From the IMG/VR virus record IMGVR_UViG_3300036762_000065, positions 160,001 through 224,000 of that record: DNA of 64,000 nucleotides, one strand, 5' to 3'. Under the pieces are notes generated by a model. It was not told where the DNA came from. It ran no database searches and worked only from the letters and a program-made list of their open reading frames with translations. Source of the stretch: a virus (Duplodnaviria; Caudoviricetes). The position numbers and the translations under genes are program-made. Positions 37,667 to 46,434 of the stretch are shown piece by piece. Every line of letters starts with the position of its first letter. The stretch's first letter is position 1.

Positions 37667-37958
37667 CTAGCACTTTGTCACTCACTAAGGAAGCATCTGT
37701 GTGGGATGTAATAGTATTACCGACACTCAGAAACTTTAGACGTATGTTAGGTTTTAATAGCTCGTTATCAACTACAGATACTATATTAATGCCTAATGCT
37801 TTAACGCCATCTACCTTAATTGCAATTAAATAGCTGTCCAGTAGTGTCTTTCGTGCAACTATCTCAGGCTCAGTTCCATAAGAAACTATCTTACTGCCTT
37901 TTATAACCATACCTTTGTTTAATTCACGAACAAAATCTACATATGTTAAATTGTGCAT
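37554..37958 (-). CDS. Hypothetical protein
   Basis: AAGGA RBS; preceded by TGTAAAT. Confidence 0.6.
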   Translation of the reverse strand: MHNLTYVDFVRELNKGMVIKGSKIVSYGTEPEIVARKTLLDSYLIAIKVDGVKALGINIVSVVDNELLKPNIRLKFLSVGNTITSHTDASLVSDKVLDAYKEIRRNLFNWNRDTNSGYTFSDVLANYEYEVSHG

Positions 37959-38009
37959 AATAAATCCTTTAGTGCCGTATTAATACATGGTATTTACACT
38001 ATTTTTGAC

Positions 38010-38045
38010 AAAAAAAAGGCCTGCTGTGAAAATCACAAACAGGCC
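38010..38045 (-). terminator. Rho-independent terminator
   Basis: GGCCTG...CAGGCC stem with an 8-T tail on the minus strand. Confidence 0.7.
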
Positions 38046-38074
38046 AAACGATGACAAAAAACAATAACGAAGAT

Positions 38075-38235
38075 GTGTCGAGTTAACCAATCCTAGTATA
38101 CGAAACGACTCAAACACTATTACCGGGCCCACAAGAGGAATCTATTCCAACCCGATATCGGACATAACGAGCTACCACACTATAGCACCTGAATCAGCAT
38201 TAGCGGTAATGCAGACTCAGCGGTTAACTCGACAC
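38075..38235 (-). ncRNA. Candidate ~160-nt multibranch RNA
   Basis: Perfect 14-bp terminal inverted repeat GTGTCGAGTTAACC enclosing four hairpins; GTAATTT motif just upstream and a terminator downstream. Confidence 0.6.
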
Positions 38236-38250
38236 TACTAGAAATTACTA

Positions 38251-40128
38251 TTATTTTTTACTTGTACTTGTTGTTCTCGATAAAGGTGTCGATTTATTTT
38301 TACTAATGTTCTTTAAAGCCTTCTCTATGTTTCTATTAGCACGTTCATTGGCGCTCTTTTGATTATAAACCCACTTCTTCTTGCCTGTTTTAGTAGAATC
38401 GGTTATTTCGGATTTATCGCCGTAATCCCGTTGGCTTAAACTAGGACGCCGGCCTCCGTTCGTTGCAAGAACATCGCTGTGTGTGTTATTAGATAGTCCA
38501 ACCAGCCGATCAATAGAGTCTGAGGCAAACCCTCCCATACCACTAGCATCCTCTTCGACCTTAGGGCCGTACTTCTTGTTTATCTCTGCCATACGCTTTC
38601 TATACTCAGAAACACGTTTTAGCAGTTCTTCGTCATCTTCGCCGTCTGCGAGCAGGGAGTCTAAATTGAAGCCTCCTGCTGCCGCCATAGCCCTTAGAGG
38701 CACAGGTACACCCTTCTCTGTGAGTTGCTGTAGCATATCCATGTACTGCATATCACCTTCAGGCTTAAGTTGCTTGGCCCAGTGTACGTTAGGTATTAGT
38801 AACTTAGAGCCGTCTTGCATGATGTTTAGATAGTCTTCAGTATTACCTGAATCCATCAAATTGTTTTTACGAATTAATTTGCCGGATTTGTTTACAGTAA
38901 ACCCGTTTACTAGACTTATAAGAGGGAATAGTTTATTGTAAAACAATTTACGTGTAAGCATATCTCGATATGCACGTATATAATCAATGAATACAGTCAG
39001 CCCGGTATCGGCAGTGGCATAATTAGCCTCCCCGCTAAGGAACGCCTCACTTATTCCCATAGCTCTTAGTTTAAACTGGGCAGTGCTGTCCCATATGTCA
39101 GTTACTTTCCAGAAATCACCGCCTTGGCGTAGTTCTTCTGCACTGACACCAATGCGTGTAGCAATAATTGCTCCTAGAGGGTCTGCATCCGCATTATTGA
39201 ACAGGTCTGTCATGAAATCCATGTCAGCAATAGTAGGTTCCCACTGATCGCCGTCACCTAACGTTAGGTGCAATATTCCGCGTTGTCGTCTACTGCTCTC
39301 GACTAATGTTCCTCTAAACAAGTTCTTTTCTATTAAGTAGATAGGAAGTATACGTCTAAACCAAGAAGTGCCTTCACCTGTACTAAAACTTCTACGAGGG
39401 AGAAATATAGTACTAACAGGATCAAGCTCCAATGCAGGCTCAGAAAGTGATTTAAGCAAATCAGGGCCTAAGCGTTCCCTAAGTTGTCGTATACGTACAC
39501 TGTCTGTAGCATCTGCTAGTAGTGCTCTTGTGGATTCCGGAAAAGCTACTGTAATAATAGGATCTTGGGAATATAGAGGAAGAGATTCTACTTTAGCATT
39601 ATCGCCTTGATGTGGCATAATGTCGATGAATTTCTTAGAAGTAGCATTAAACAAAAGACTACCTATAAAATTACCTGTAACAAGGAAATCTGTACTTATA
39701 TCAGGCAATATAGTCCTTATGTTTAAACGTTCTATAGTTTCAACAAATGCACTTAGTGCCTTCTTATCCGAAACACCACCGAGAGTAAAATCACTGAACG
39801 GAAGTGTTGACATCAGATCGACAGCACTACCTGCGACAGGATCGTTGTAGTAGATATCCCTGTACAAACGATATACGAGTTTCTTTTGCTCAAGGTCTTC
39901 CGAAAAGACTATATCTTTTAATAACGGGTCTATATCCACTTCTATAGGCATTGCAGACACACTGGTATTCTGCATACCTGCAGGAGATGCTGATTCCGAA
40001 GTCCAATCGTTACTTGTGCGATTGCTTTTATTGCGTAAGTTTACCGTATTAGTACCGAGCTTCTTACTTGAACTTCGGCTCTCGATACCTTGATCAACAA
40101 AAGTCTTTCGCGCTTTAAACTTCATCAT
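38251..40128 (-). CDS. Portal protein (putative)
   Basis: 625 aa; YRDIYYNDPVAGSAVDLMS, AMGISEAFLSGEANYATA, portal-like helical layout; near the terminase. Confidence 0.75.
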   Translation of the reverse strand: MMKFKARKTFVDQGIESRSSSKKLGTNTVNLRNKSNRTSNDWTSESASPAGMQNTSVSAMPIEVDIDPLLKDIVFSEDLEQKKLVYRLYRDIYYNDPVAGSAVDLMSTLPFSDFTLGGVSDKKALSAFVETIERLNIRTILPDISTDFLVTGNFIGSLLFNATSKKFIDIMPHQGDNAKVESLPLYSQDPIITVAFPESTRALLADATDSVRIRQLRERLGPDLLKSLSEPALELDPVSTIFLPRRSFSTGEGTSWFRRILPIYLIEKNLFRGTLVESSRRQRGILHLTLGDGDQWEPTIADMDFMTDLFNNADADPLGAIIATRIGVSAEELRQGGDFWKVTDIWDSTAQFKLRAMGISEAFLSGEANYATADTGLTVFIDYIRAYRDMLTRKLFYNKLFPLISLVNGFTVNKSGKLIRKNNLMDSGNTEDYLNIMQDGSKLLIPNVHWAKQLKPEGDMQYMDMLQQLTEKGVPVPLRAMAAAGGFNLDSLLADGEDDEELLKRVSEYRKRMAEINKKYGPKVEEDASGMGGFASDSIDRLVGLSNNTHSDVLATNGGRRPSLSQRDYGDKSEITDSTKTGKKKWVYNQKSANERANRNIEKALKNISKNKSTPLSRTTSTSKK

Positions 40129-40277
40129 AGCGTGTGTGCTCTTTAATTATAGGAGTAAAAATAGTATGGTACTGTATAAGGTCCGACGCGAGTAAGGTGC
40201 AGAATGTAACACCTTACTCTTGCCGCCTCCAAAGTCAACAAACATTACACTACGCCAGAATGGTTAGTAGCGAGATA

Positions 40278-40293
40278 GTTGGATCACCTCCTT
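40278..40293 (-). promoter_or_regulatory. Extended Shine-Dalgarno-like element complementary to the 16S rRNA 3' end, with no adjacent start codon
   Basis: Plus strand reads GTTGGATCACCTCCTT; flanked by hairpins. Confidence 0.6.
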
Positions 40294-40332
40294 CTACGAG
40301 TCTACAAAGTAGACTCTGTTGTTGAAAATTCT

Positions 40333-40731
40333 TTAGTAATATTTGTATAATCTTTCCAAGCTTAATGTGTTACCTTTTATAACAACACTATATCCAATAC
40401 GTTCATTAGAAAAAACATCTTTATGGCAATCCCAGTCCGATTTATGTAGAGCAAATCGTACTTGTCTTGTTTGTGCTACAGTAAGGCACAAGGATGTTGT
40501 TACAGTACCGAATTTGTTTGATACATTCCACTCTTTTATGTCTACTTTATTTAATCCACCTGCTGTTAAATAAAGTAGACATCCCATTAAAGCATCCAAT
40601 GTCTCGCACTTACTGAGTAGCTCAATAACTGAAATAGGTACATAACCGTATTTGTCTTCTTGTTTAAGTTTACTATATAAATGTGCAGGTATTGCTTGAA
40701 TTCTAACAGCTTGTTGGAATTTAACTTCCAT
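40333..40731 (-). CDS. Hypothetical protein
   Basis: Co-directional ORF. Confidence 0.6.
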   Translation of the reverse strand: MEVKFQQAVRIQAIPAHLYSKLKQEDKYGYVPISVIELLSKCETLDALMGCLLYLTAGGLNKVDIKEWNVSNKFGTVTTSLCLTVAQTRQVRFALHKSDWDCHKDVFSNERIGYSVVIKGNTLSLERLYKYY

Positions 40732-40745
40732 TTATGTTACTTCCA

Positions 40746-41207
40746 TTAATCAAATATTAAAGTTTTAATCTTCTTCTTTCTTTCTTTGGCAAGTTTTATC
40801 GTATGGGCAGTACCTTTTGAATGTCCGTCATACGCTGCAAACACATAATCACATATATTAATCATTTCAACATTGCGCCTATACCCAGCAGACTTGCCAA
40901 ATAAATCCCACTGTGCAGGCATAGCTAAAACATTGAATTGATTTTTACGTGCCCATATAGCAGCCATGTCGTCAGGACCTACAGCTTGCCCGTGAATAAT
41001 AAGTATATTGTTCTTTGTGAACAAACTGTTATGCTTTTTATGTGTTTCTATAACACGACTTGTAAGTTTTGACATCCAATAACAAAAAATGTCCACATGT
41101 TCTTTGTTTGTGTAGTTACAAAACGGATCACTGTTAAAAACGTTTTTGTCGTAGTTTCCTACTGTCCTACTTCCACAAACAAGAAAGCCTACATAATCAA
41201 GTTGCAT
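40746..41207 (-). CDS. SLOG/DUF2493 (YspA-like) protein
   Basis: VCGSR, IIHG.A.GPD.MA..WA, A.W..FGKSAGYRRN.EM and DG.SKGT.HTI motifs. Confidence 0.88.
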   Translation of the reverse strand: MQLDYVGFLVCGSRTVGNYDKNVFNSDPFCNYTNKEHVDIFCYWMSKLTSRVIETHKKHNSLFTKNNILIIHGQAVGPDDMAAIWARKNQFNVLAMPAQWDLFGKSAGYRRNVEMINICDYVFAAYDGHSKGTAHTIKLAKERKKKIKTLIFD

Positions 41208-41244
41208 AAAAAACTCCTTGTGTATGTAGGCTATTTACACTTTA

Positions 41245-41793
41245 TTAAGCATGTTCAAATCGTTCGCTTTCCTTCTGACCTTTTATAAATCGGTTGAAGA
41301 AGGCGCCTTGAGATTTAGATCGTTCTAGTTTCTTAACTTCCAGTGCGCTAACGTCTTTATACGTCCACTCAGCACCATTCGGAAACTGCACAAGCAACTC
41401 ACTCTTTTTACTGTTGTACCAAACGTTCTGTAACATAGAGCTATCAACGCGGACTTCAGTGAGTTCATCCTGAACAAGTCGCTTACGGTCTTTACCTGCG
41501 TCTTGTCCTGCAACTACGTTAACACGCCCAATCTTACCGCTGTATGATTTGGAGTTTGTTAGTATGCGCTTTGCATCAAAAGGTTTTAGCTTGAACTGTA
41601 CATATAGATAAGAACCGTCTATTAAGAAGTAAGAGCCTGACGCCCGCTTAATACCGAACTTGTCTCCTTTCTTTAGCTCCATGTCATATTCAGGACCGAC
41701 ATCAAACGTAGCAGTACGTCCGTCATAGACATACCACTTATATTTCTGAGGGTCCAGTTTAGTTTTTGAGGTTGCCGAACACGATGTAAACAT
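41245..41793 (-). CDS. KTSC-domain protein with an N-terminal phage domain
   Basis: VDSSML..V.Y.....L.VQF.NG..W.Y.DV...S.G.FFN.FIK. Confidence 0.85.
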   Translation of the reverse strand: MFTSCSATSKTKLDPQKYKWYVYDGRTATFDVGPEYDMELKKGDKFGIKRASGSYFLIDGSYLYVQFKLKPFDAKRILTNSKSYSGKIGRVNVVAGQDAGKDRKRLVQDELTEVRVDSSMLQNVWYNSKKSELLVQFPNGAEWTYKDVSALEVKKLERSKSQGAFFNRFIKGQKESERFEHA

Positions 41794-41833
41794 AAGTTCC
41801 TCTTACATTATTTGCTAATAAATTAAATTACTA

Positions 41834-44800
41834 TTAGCTTCGAGTTCTGATCTTTCCGATAGCACCTCCGTAAGAAACAGAACCTGCTCCGCCAGTTCCT
41901 ACATTGCCTCCGCCCCCGCTGCCTAGTCGTGAAAATCCGATTGCGTTAGGTCTAAACTTTTCAACATCGCCCGGGTCTAATACAAAGTACTCGGCAAGCT
42001 TATCGTCTTGAAGGCCCCAACAAGTTAAGGCAAATGCACGCCAAGTATCGTCCGTAAGTCCTTCGGCTTTTAATACTTTAGTGCCTGTATCTTGTACTGT
42101 AAGAAGTTGCACTACAAGATGATCCATTTCTTTATCTTGGAAACATGTAGGATAAGCCTTTTCCTCGAAGTCTATAACATCACGCACACTCATTCCCTTT
42201 CTTGATAGTCTTGGGAAACTAACAGACTGTTGTTCAAGTAATGTCTTTGGCAGCCATAAATCCTTATACTTCAAACTATACTGTTGTGTGTATATGCCTA
42301 ATTCTTCCTCTGCGTCCGACAGAATCTTTAAGCTGTTCCACCTATCAGCAAGAAATACTTTAACGTTCCTACTTTTTACTATAGGAATTATAACATGATC
42401 ATATATTTTTGTGTAGTTTAAAGGGAAGCCCGGACGCGGCATTATCTCTACTAATAGATCAACAGTTATAAGTCCGTTATCCGCATTTAAAGAACTAACA
42501 CAACAAGCAAACGAGTTGTTGGTATGCCCTGCATCAATAGCCAAACAAGAAGGGCGTTTTGATTTTTTAATTTTATCAATGACGCCCCACCGACAGGCTG
42601 ATTTCCTACCGCTTTCTTTGCGTATCTTATAGCTTAATTTTACAGGATTGGAGTGTTGCCCTATGCAATCTTGTATGCTCTGCTTATCTGTAATAAACGG
42701 AGATGCTGCTAGAGGAGGTACCGCCCCGTAGTCCCGTTCTGCACCTTCAGGATCGGTTCTGTAACGTTCTTGTATAACTTTCGAATTTCTCGGTAGGGTA
42801 GGGTTTATTTCCCACGTAGGTCTGTGTACACCGTATACTGACTTAGATGTTTGGGCCGAATTAACTAAGCTCATAATCTTATCGCGACGGTGTGCCGGAC
42901 TACTTACGTTCATGCTCATACCGTTAAGTACGTCATCATATCCTGCTTTGACAAGTCGTTCCGCAGCACCTCTTACAGTCAACAAGCTACTATCGAGCGC
43001 ATCATAAACACCGGCTGCGCTCATTTTTATTTTCTTGCTGTCTGCATCGTTATCGAAGTAGCCGATTTCATCAATGCCTCCAAATACGCGAGTTCTTCCT
43101 CGAAGAATACGTTTATCAGGACCTGCCGGATACCACATTAGATTTCTACAACGATACGCTACAAAGGTGTCATTAAACTTAAATAACTTTTGTCCGTACT
43201 TCTCTTCATAGTAGTTTAGCATTTTGTGGTATTCACGAAACCAAGGGCTTTCAATGAGAGTTCCGTAATAAAATTCCCACAAAGTTTCTTTAGCTTGCGC
43301 GTAAGTTAAAGCACAAAAGGTCCCGTGAAGGACCGTAGAAGAGGATACGTTATACACCTGAGCAGGCTTCTGCATTTTAAGAAGCCTGTGTGTCATGTAA
43401 GGTGTTAGCATTCCGCCAACCGTCTGCGACTTACCGCTGTTGTGTGATATAATACCTCCTGTGACGAATTGGTGTGTTTTAGGGAGCGTAAAATCGTAAG
43501 TCTCAAATTGTTTAGTTGATACTTGGTTTTTGGTCACTCGACAAAACACCACGTCATCCGAACAATATGTCAACAACTGTTCAAATTCAAACTTGACTTC
43601 TGGAGACATATACTCTACTTTTTGTAAAGCTACGGTACAGATTTCCAGTAACTTGCGTTTTGTTAAACGAACGGCTTTGCTCTTCCTTAGTTTTCTTAGG
43701 GAAAACGACAATTTTTCACTATTGCGTCCAAACACAGTACTTATTCCCATTGTGATCTTGGGTATACGTGTGCGAAACTTTTCGCTGGTAGCACGTTCGT
43801 AGTAAGGTAAAGGAAAAACATGTAGTTCTGCATTCCAACGATCAAGAAGTGATCGTAGTCTGGATTCAAGAAATTCCAAATTCTCATACCAGTACGGTAC
43901 TAAGTTTGTGCGGGAATCCAGTACCTCAATAGCGTGATCTAGTTGGTTCTTTTTGCGTGACGACAAAAATCCAACCTGGTCTCGAAAACGCTTTAAATAC
44001 ATACCACGAATCGAAATAAACCAGCTAGGTTTAGAAATCTGCTTATCGGTCCCGTTAGTTGCCCATGTCCACTTTCTACGAATCCTGTGCGCTATGCCTA
44101 AATTGTGCAACATAGCACTAAGCTGGTATGCCAGTTTTTGACTTATCGTGCAATAACTAACAGAATGACGTAGGTCTTTCTTTACATTCCTACTTACCCA
44201 ACCATCACCTTCGTAAAGACCTTGTAAAAAGGCACAAACGTTTTCTTTTGTAGAAGTACGGACAGACAACGGGATTTCTTTTAACGCAGAACCAGATGAT
44301 AACCCTTCGCTTGATAACCCTAGTAGTTCTGCGAAAAACAGGCGGCCCTTGTGCCCACGTATTGAGGTGTAGGTGTTGCCATTTTCATCACAAGATACCC
44401 TAATGTGATGCTTGTTTATATATTTCATTAACGTTTTTAGGTAGAACGCATTGACTTCTGGACATTTGTTACAAACACCTGCACTTCGACCTTCTGCAAC
44501 CCAAAGTCCTAACACCTTATACATATCAGAGCATATATCACCTGAATAGGCTTTGAATAACGTAGGGTATTTTTTTGCAGTGTAGTCCATAGATTTTTGA
44601 TTAACTCGCAGCATAATATCTTCGAAATATAGATGCCGGTTACCAAACACCTGTTGATTTAGTCGAACCGGCACAATATCTGAAGGCGACACGTCCACTA
44701 GGCGCTTAAAAACTCCATCTAGTAGCTGTATAGGGTGATCCGAAGTACCTCTTATCCTTATACCATTATACAACGTAACAGATCGAATAAATTCGGGCTT

Positions 44801-45556
44801 TGCTCGATAAAAATCTGTGGTCTGTTCAAACTCTGTCCCGTTATGTACGTTTAAATGGAATCGTGAAAAGCCGAAACGCTTGTTTTTTGTATACTCACCT
44901 ATACTCATAAGACCGTGTTCAGTCAATATACAAGTATCACCTGTGACACAACGCTGCCCTGCACACACCGCTAATTCTTGGTAAAAGTAAAGCTGTTCAT
45001 TTGTTATGAATGTAGATCGTCTTCCGCCGCAAGCAGGACAAACCCCATTTTCAAACAAACAAACGTTACGCTCAAACGTCAAGAACGTATCATCAACTTT
45101 GTGGTCATAATACAACCACTCAACATTCGAACAAGCAGGACAGTAATCAGCAAATATTATTATGCCCCATATAAGTTGCTCCATAAACGGTGTAACTACT
45201 GTACCTGCAAACTCATCCCGAGTTACCCACTCATAAAAGTTTTTAGCTAGAGGCATAGCAGAATCATCTACCTTTGTATCTCTTGGCTTAAAAGAACCTT
45301 TTGAATCCTCGATCATCTGTCTGACCATAGAAGCAACGTTTGCTTCGTTCACTATCTCTATGGCAACAGCTTCATCTTTACCTTTATCTAAAAAAGAAGT
45401 ATCAAACCCTTCACCTCTAACATGTTTAAGTTTAGTCAAAAACTTAAACGGGTCCCCAGTATCTTTGACTGTACTAATCAACAGATCGTAGTCGTCATAG
45501 ATGGAAATTTCCTTTTTCTTTGGCTTATTCTTTTTATCTTCCAAAGCTAACATCAT
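41834..45556 (-). CDS. terL: Terminase large subunit, intein-interrupted
   Basis: Walker A AGQR|SGKS split by an intein; LRGR, IDEIG Walker B, NVSSP, AIDAG nuclease motif, ADRWNS, TDD. Confidence 0.93.
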   Translation of the reverse strand: MMLALEDKKNKPKKKEISIYDDYDLLISTVKDTGDPFKFLTKLKHVRGEGFDTSFLDKGKDEAVAIEIVNEANVASMVRQMIEDSKGSFKPRDTKVDDSAMPLAKNFYEWVTRDEFAGTVVTPFMEQLIWGIIIFADYCPACSNVEWLYYDHKVDDTFLTFERNVCLFENGVCPACGGRRSTFITNEQLYFYQELAVCAGQRCVTGDTCILTEHGLMSIGEYTKNKRFGFSRFHLNVHNGTEFEQTTDFYRAKPEFIRSVTLYNGIRIRGTSDHPIQLLDGVFKRLVDVSPSDIVPVRLNQQVFGNRHLYFEDIMLRVNQKSMDYTAKKYPTLFKAYSGDICSDMYKVLGLWVAEGRSAGVCNKCPEVNAFYLKTLMKYINKHHIRVSCDENGNTYTSIRGHKGRLFFAELLGLSSEGLSSGSALKEIPLSVRTSTKENVCAFLQGLYEGDGWVSRNVKKDLRHSVSYCTISQKLAYQLSAMLHNLGIAHRIRRKWTWATNGTDKQISKPSWFISIRGMYLKRFRDQVGFLSSRKKNQLDHAIEVLDSRTNLVPYWYENLEFLESRLRSLLDRWNAELHVFPLPYYERATSEKFRTRIPKITMGISTVFGRNSEKLSFSLRKLRKSKAVRLTKRKLLEICTVALQKVEYMSPEVKFEFEQLLTYCSDDVVFCRVTKNQVSTKQFETYDFTLPKTHQFVTGGIISHNSGKSQTVGGMLTPYMTHRLLKMQKPAQVYNVSSSTVLHGTFCALTYAQAKETLWEFYYGTLIESPWFREYHKMLNYYEEKYGQKLFKFNDTFVAYRCRNLMWYPAGPDKRILRGRTRVFGGIDEIGYFDNDADSKKIKMSAAGVYDALDSSLLTVRGAAERLVKAGYDDVLNGMSMNVSSPAHRRDKIMSLVNSAQTSKSVYGVHRPTWEINPTLPRNSKVIQERYRTDPEGAERDYGAVPPLAASPFITDKQSIQDCIGQHSNPVKLSYKIRKESGRKSACRWGVIDKIKKSKRPSCLAIDAGHTNNSFACCVSSLNADNGLITVDLLVEIMPRPGFPLNYTKIYDHVIIPIVKSRNVKVFLADRWNSLKILSDAEEELGIYTQQYSLKYKDLWLPKTLLEQQSVSFPRLSRKGMSVRDVIDFEEKAYPTCFQDKEMDHLVVQLLTVQDTGTKVLKAEGLTDDTWRAFALTCWGLQDDKLAEYFVLDPGDVEKFRPNAIGFSRLGSGGGGNVGTGGAGSVSYGGAIGKIRTRS
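43439..44950 (-). mobile_element. Intein with LAGLIDADG homing endonuclease (504 aa) in TerL
   Basis: Starts CVTGDT, ends ISHN before Ser; TSDHP, LGLWVAEG, FLQGLYEGDG and TYDF motifs. Confidence 0.93.
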
Positions 45557-46425
45557 TACCTCCTAGACACTCGAACACCTTCCGCTTGGCGTTTATTGTA
45601 TGCATGAATATCATCTGTACTCATATCTTTTTCGTTCTTCGTAGCAACGTCTTGGTGTGTTCGTAAAGTACCTATAGGTCTATCTGTATCGGTAGTAGGT
45701 TTAACTCTTGCAGCTAAGTTTCTTAACACAGTACTATATTTTTCAGAAGTGACGTCCTTCTTCATCTCTTCCACGGCCTCGCAGGCTATCTTGTGTGTTA
45801 TTAAACGCATAAATCGTTCTTTTATATCTTCAGGCAGTGAGGTCATTTTGTTAACGTAGTAATTCAACACGTTCAACTTAGTTAGTTGTGCAACACCTAC
45901 CATAACACTACTGTCAATTTCAACGCTAATGCCGAGACCGTCCCTAAGAACGGCTTCTGTATAAGAAGTGGCTTTGTCATAACTCATCATCATGACAGCA
46001 CCTTGTTGTATAAGGATTTCCGCAACATCGTCTGAAACGCTTTGGGAGTCAGTTAAAACCTTTGACAGCCTTTCCTCTGAAATTTCAACAAGATTCTCTA
46101 TGTTTAAAGAAGCTACTTTTTCAGGAACTTCTTCATACGTTATGTCAGGATTCCTGCCGAATTTTGGATGTACAGGCTTATCATCGGGGATTTCTGTCTG
46201 CGTGAAGTTCGGTACAAATACAGGAACATCTTTAACTGCCGCTGTAACCGGGGTTCCTATAGAAAAGAAGCCTCGGTTAGATTGGAAGTTTTTCAATACC
46301 CAGTTTTTCTTCTGCTTGTGTGACTTCAAGTAGACTGCCTTTGGAACATGCGGAGTCATTCTACTTGAAGCATAAAGGTCTCCGAATATATATTCAGATC
46401 CTTCCGGTTCGTTATCGTTGAACAT
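45556..46425 (-). CDS. Hypothetical protein upstream of terL
   Basis: AAGGA RBS; coupled to terL. Confidence 0.7.
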   Translation of the reverse strand: MFNDNEPEGSEYIFGDLYASSRMTPHVPKAVYLKSHKQKKNWVLKNFQSNRGFFSIGTPVTAAVKDVPVFVPNFTQTEIPDDKPVHPKFGRNPDITYEEVPEKVASLNIENLVEISEERLSKVLTDSQSVSDDVAEILIQQGAVMMMSYDKATSYTEAVLRDGLGISVEIDSSVMVGVAQLTKLNVLNYYVNKMTSLPEDIKERFMRLITHKIACEAVEEMKKDVTSEKYSTVLRNLAARVKPTTDTDRPIGTLRTHQDVATKNEKDMSTDDIHAYNKRQAEGVRVSRR

Positions 46426-46434
46426 GTTATGTCC

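Noticed and set aside
40134-40325. Plus-strand 63-aa ORF
   Set aside because: Lone antisense ORF without an RBS; the region is better explained as a structured leader.
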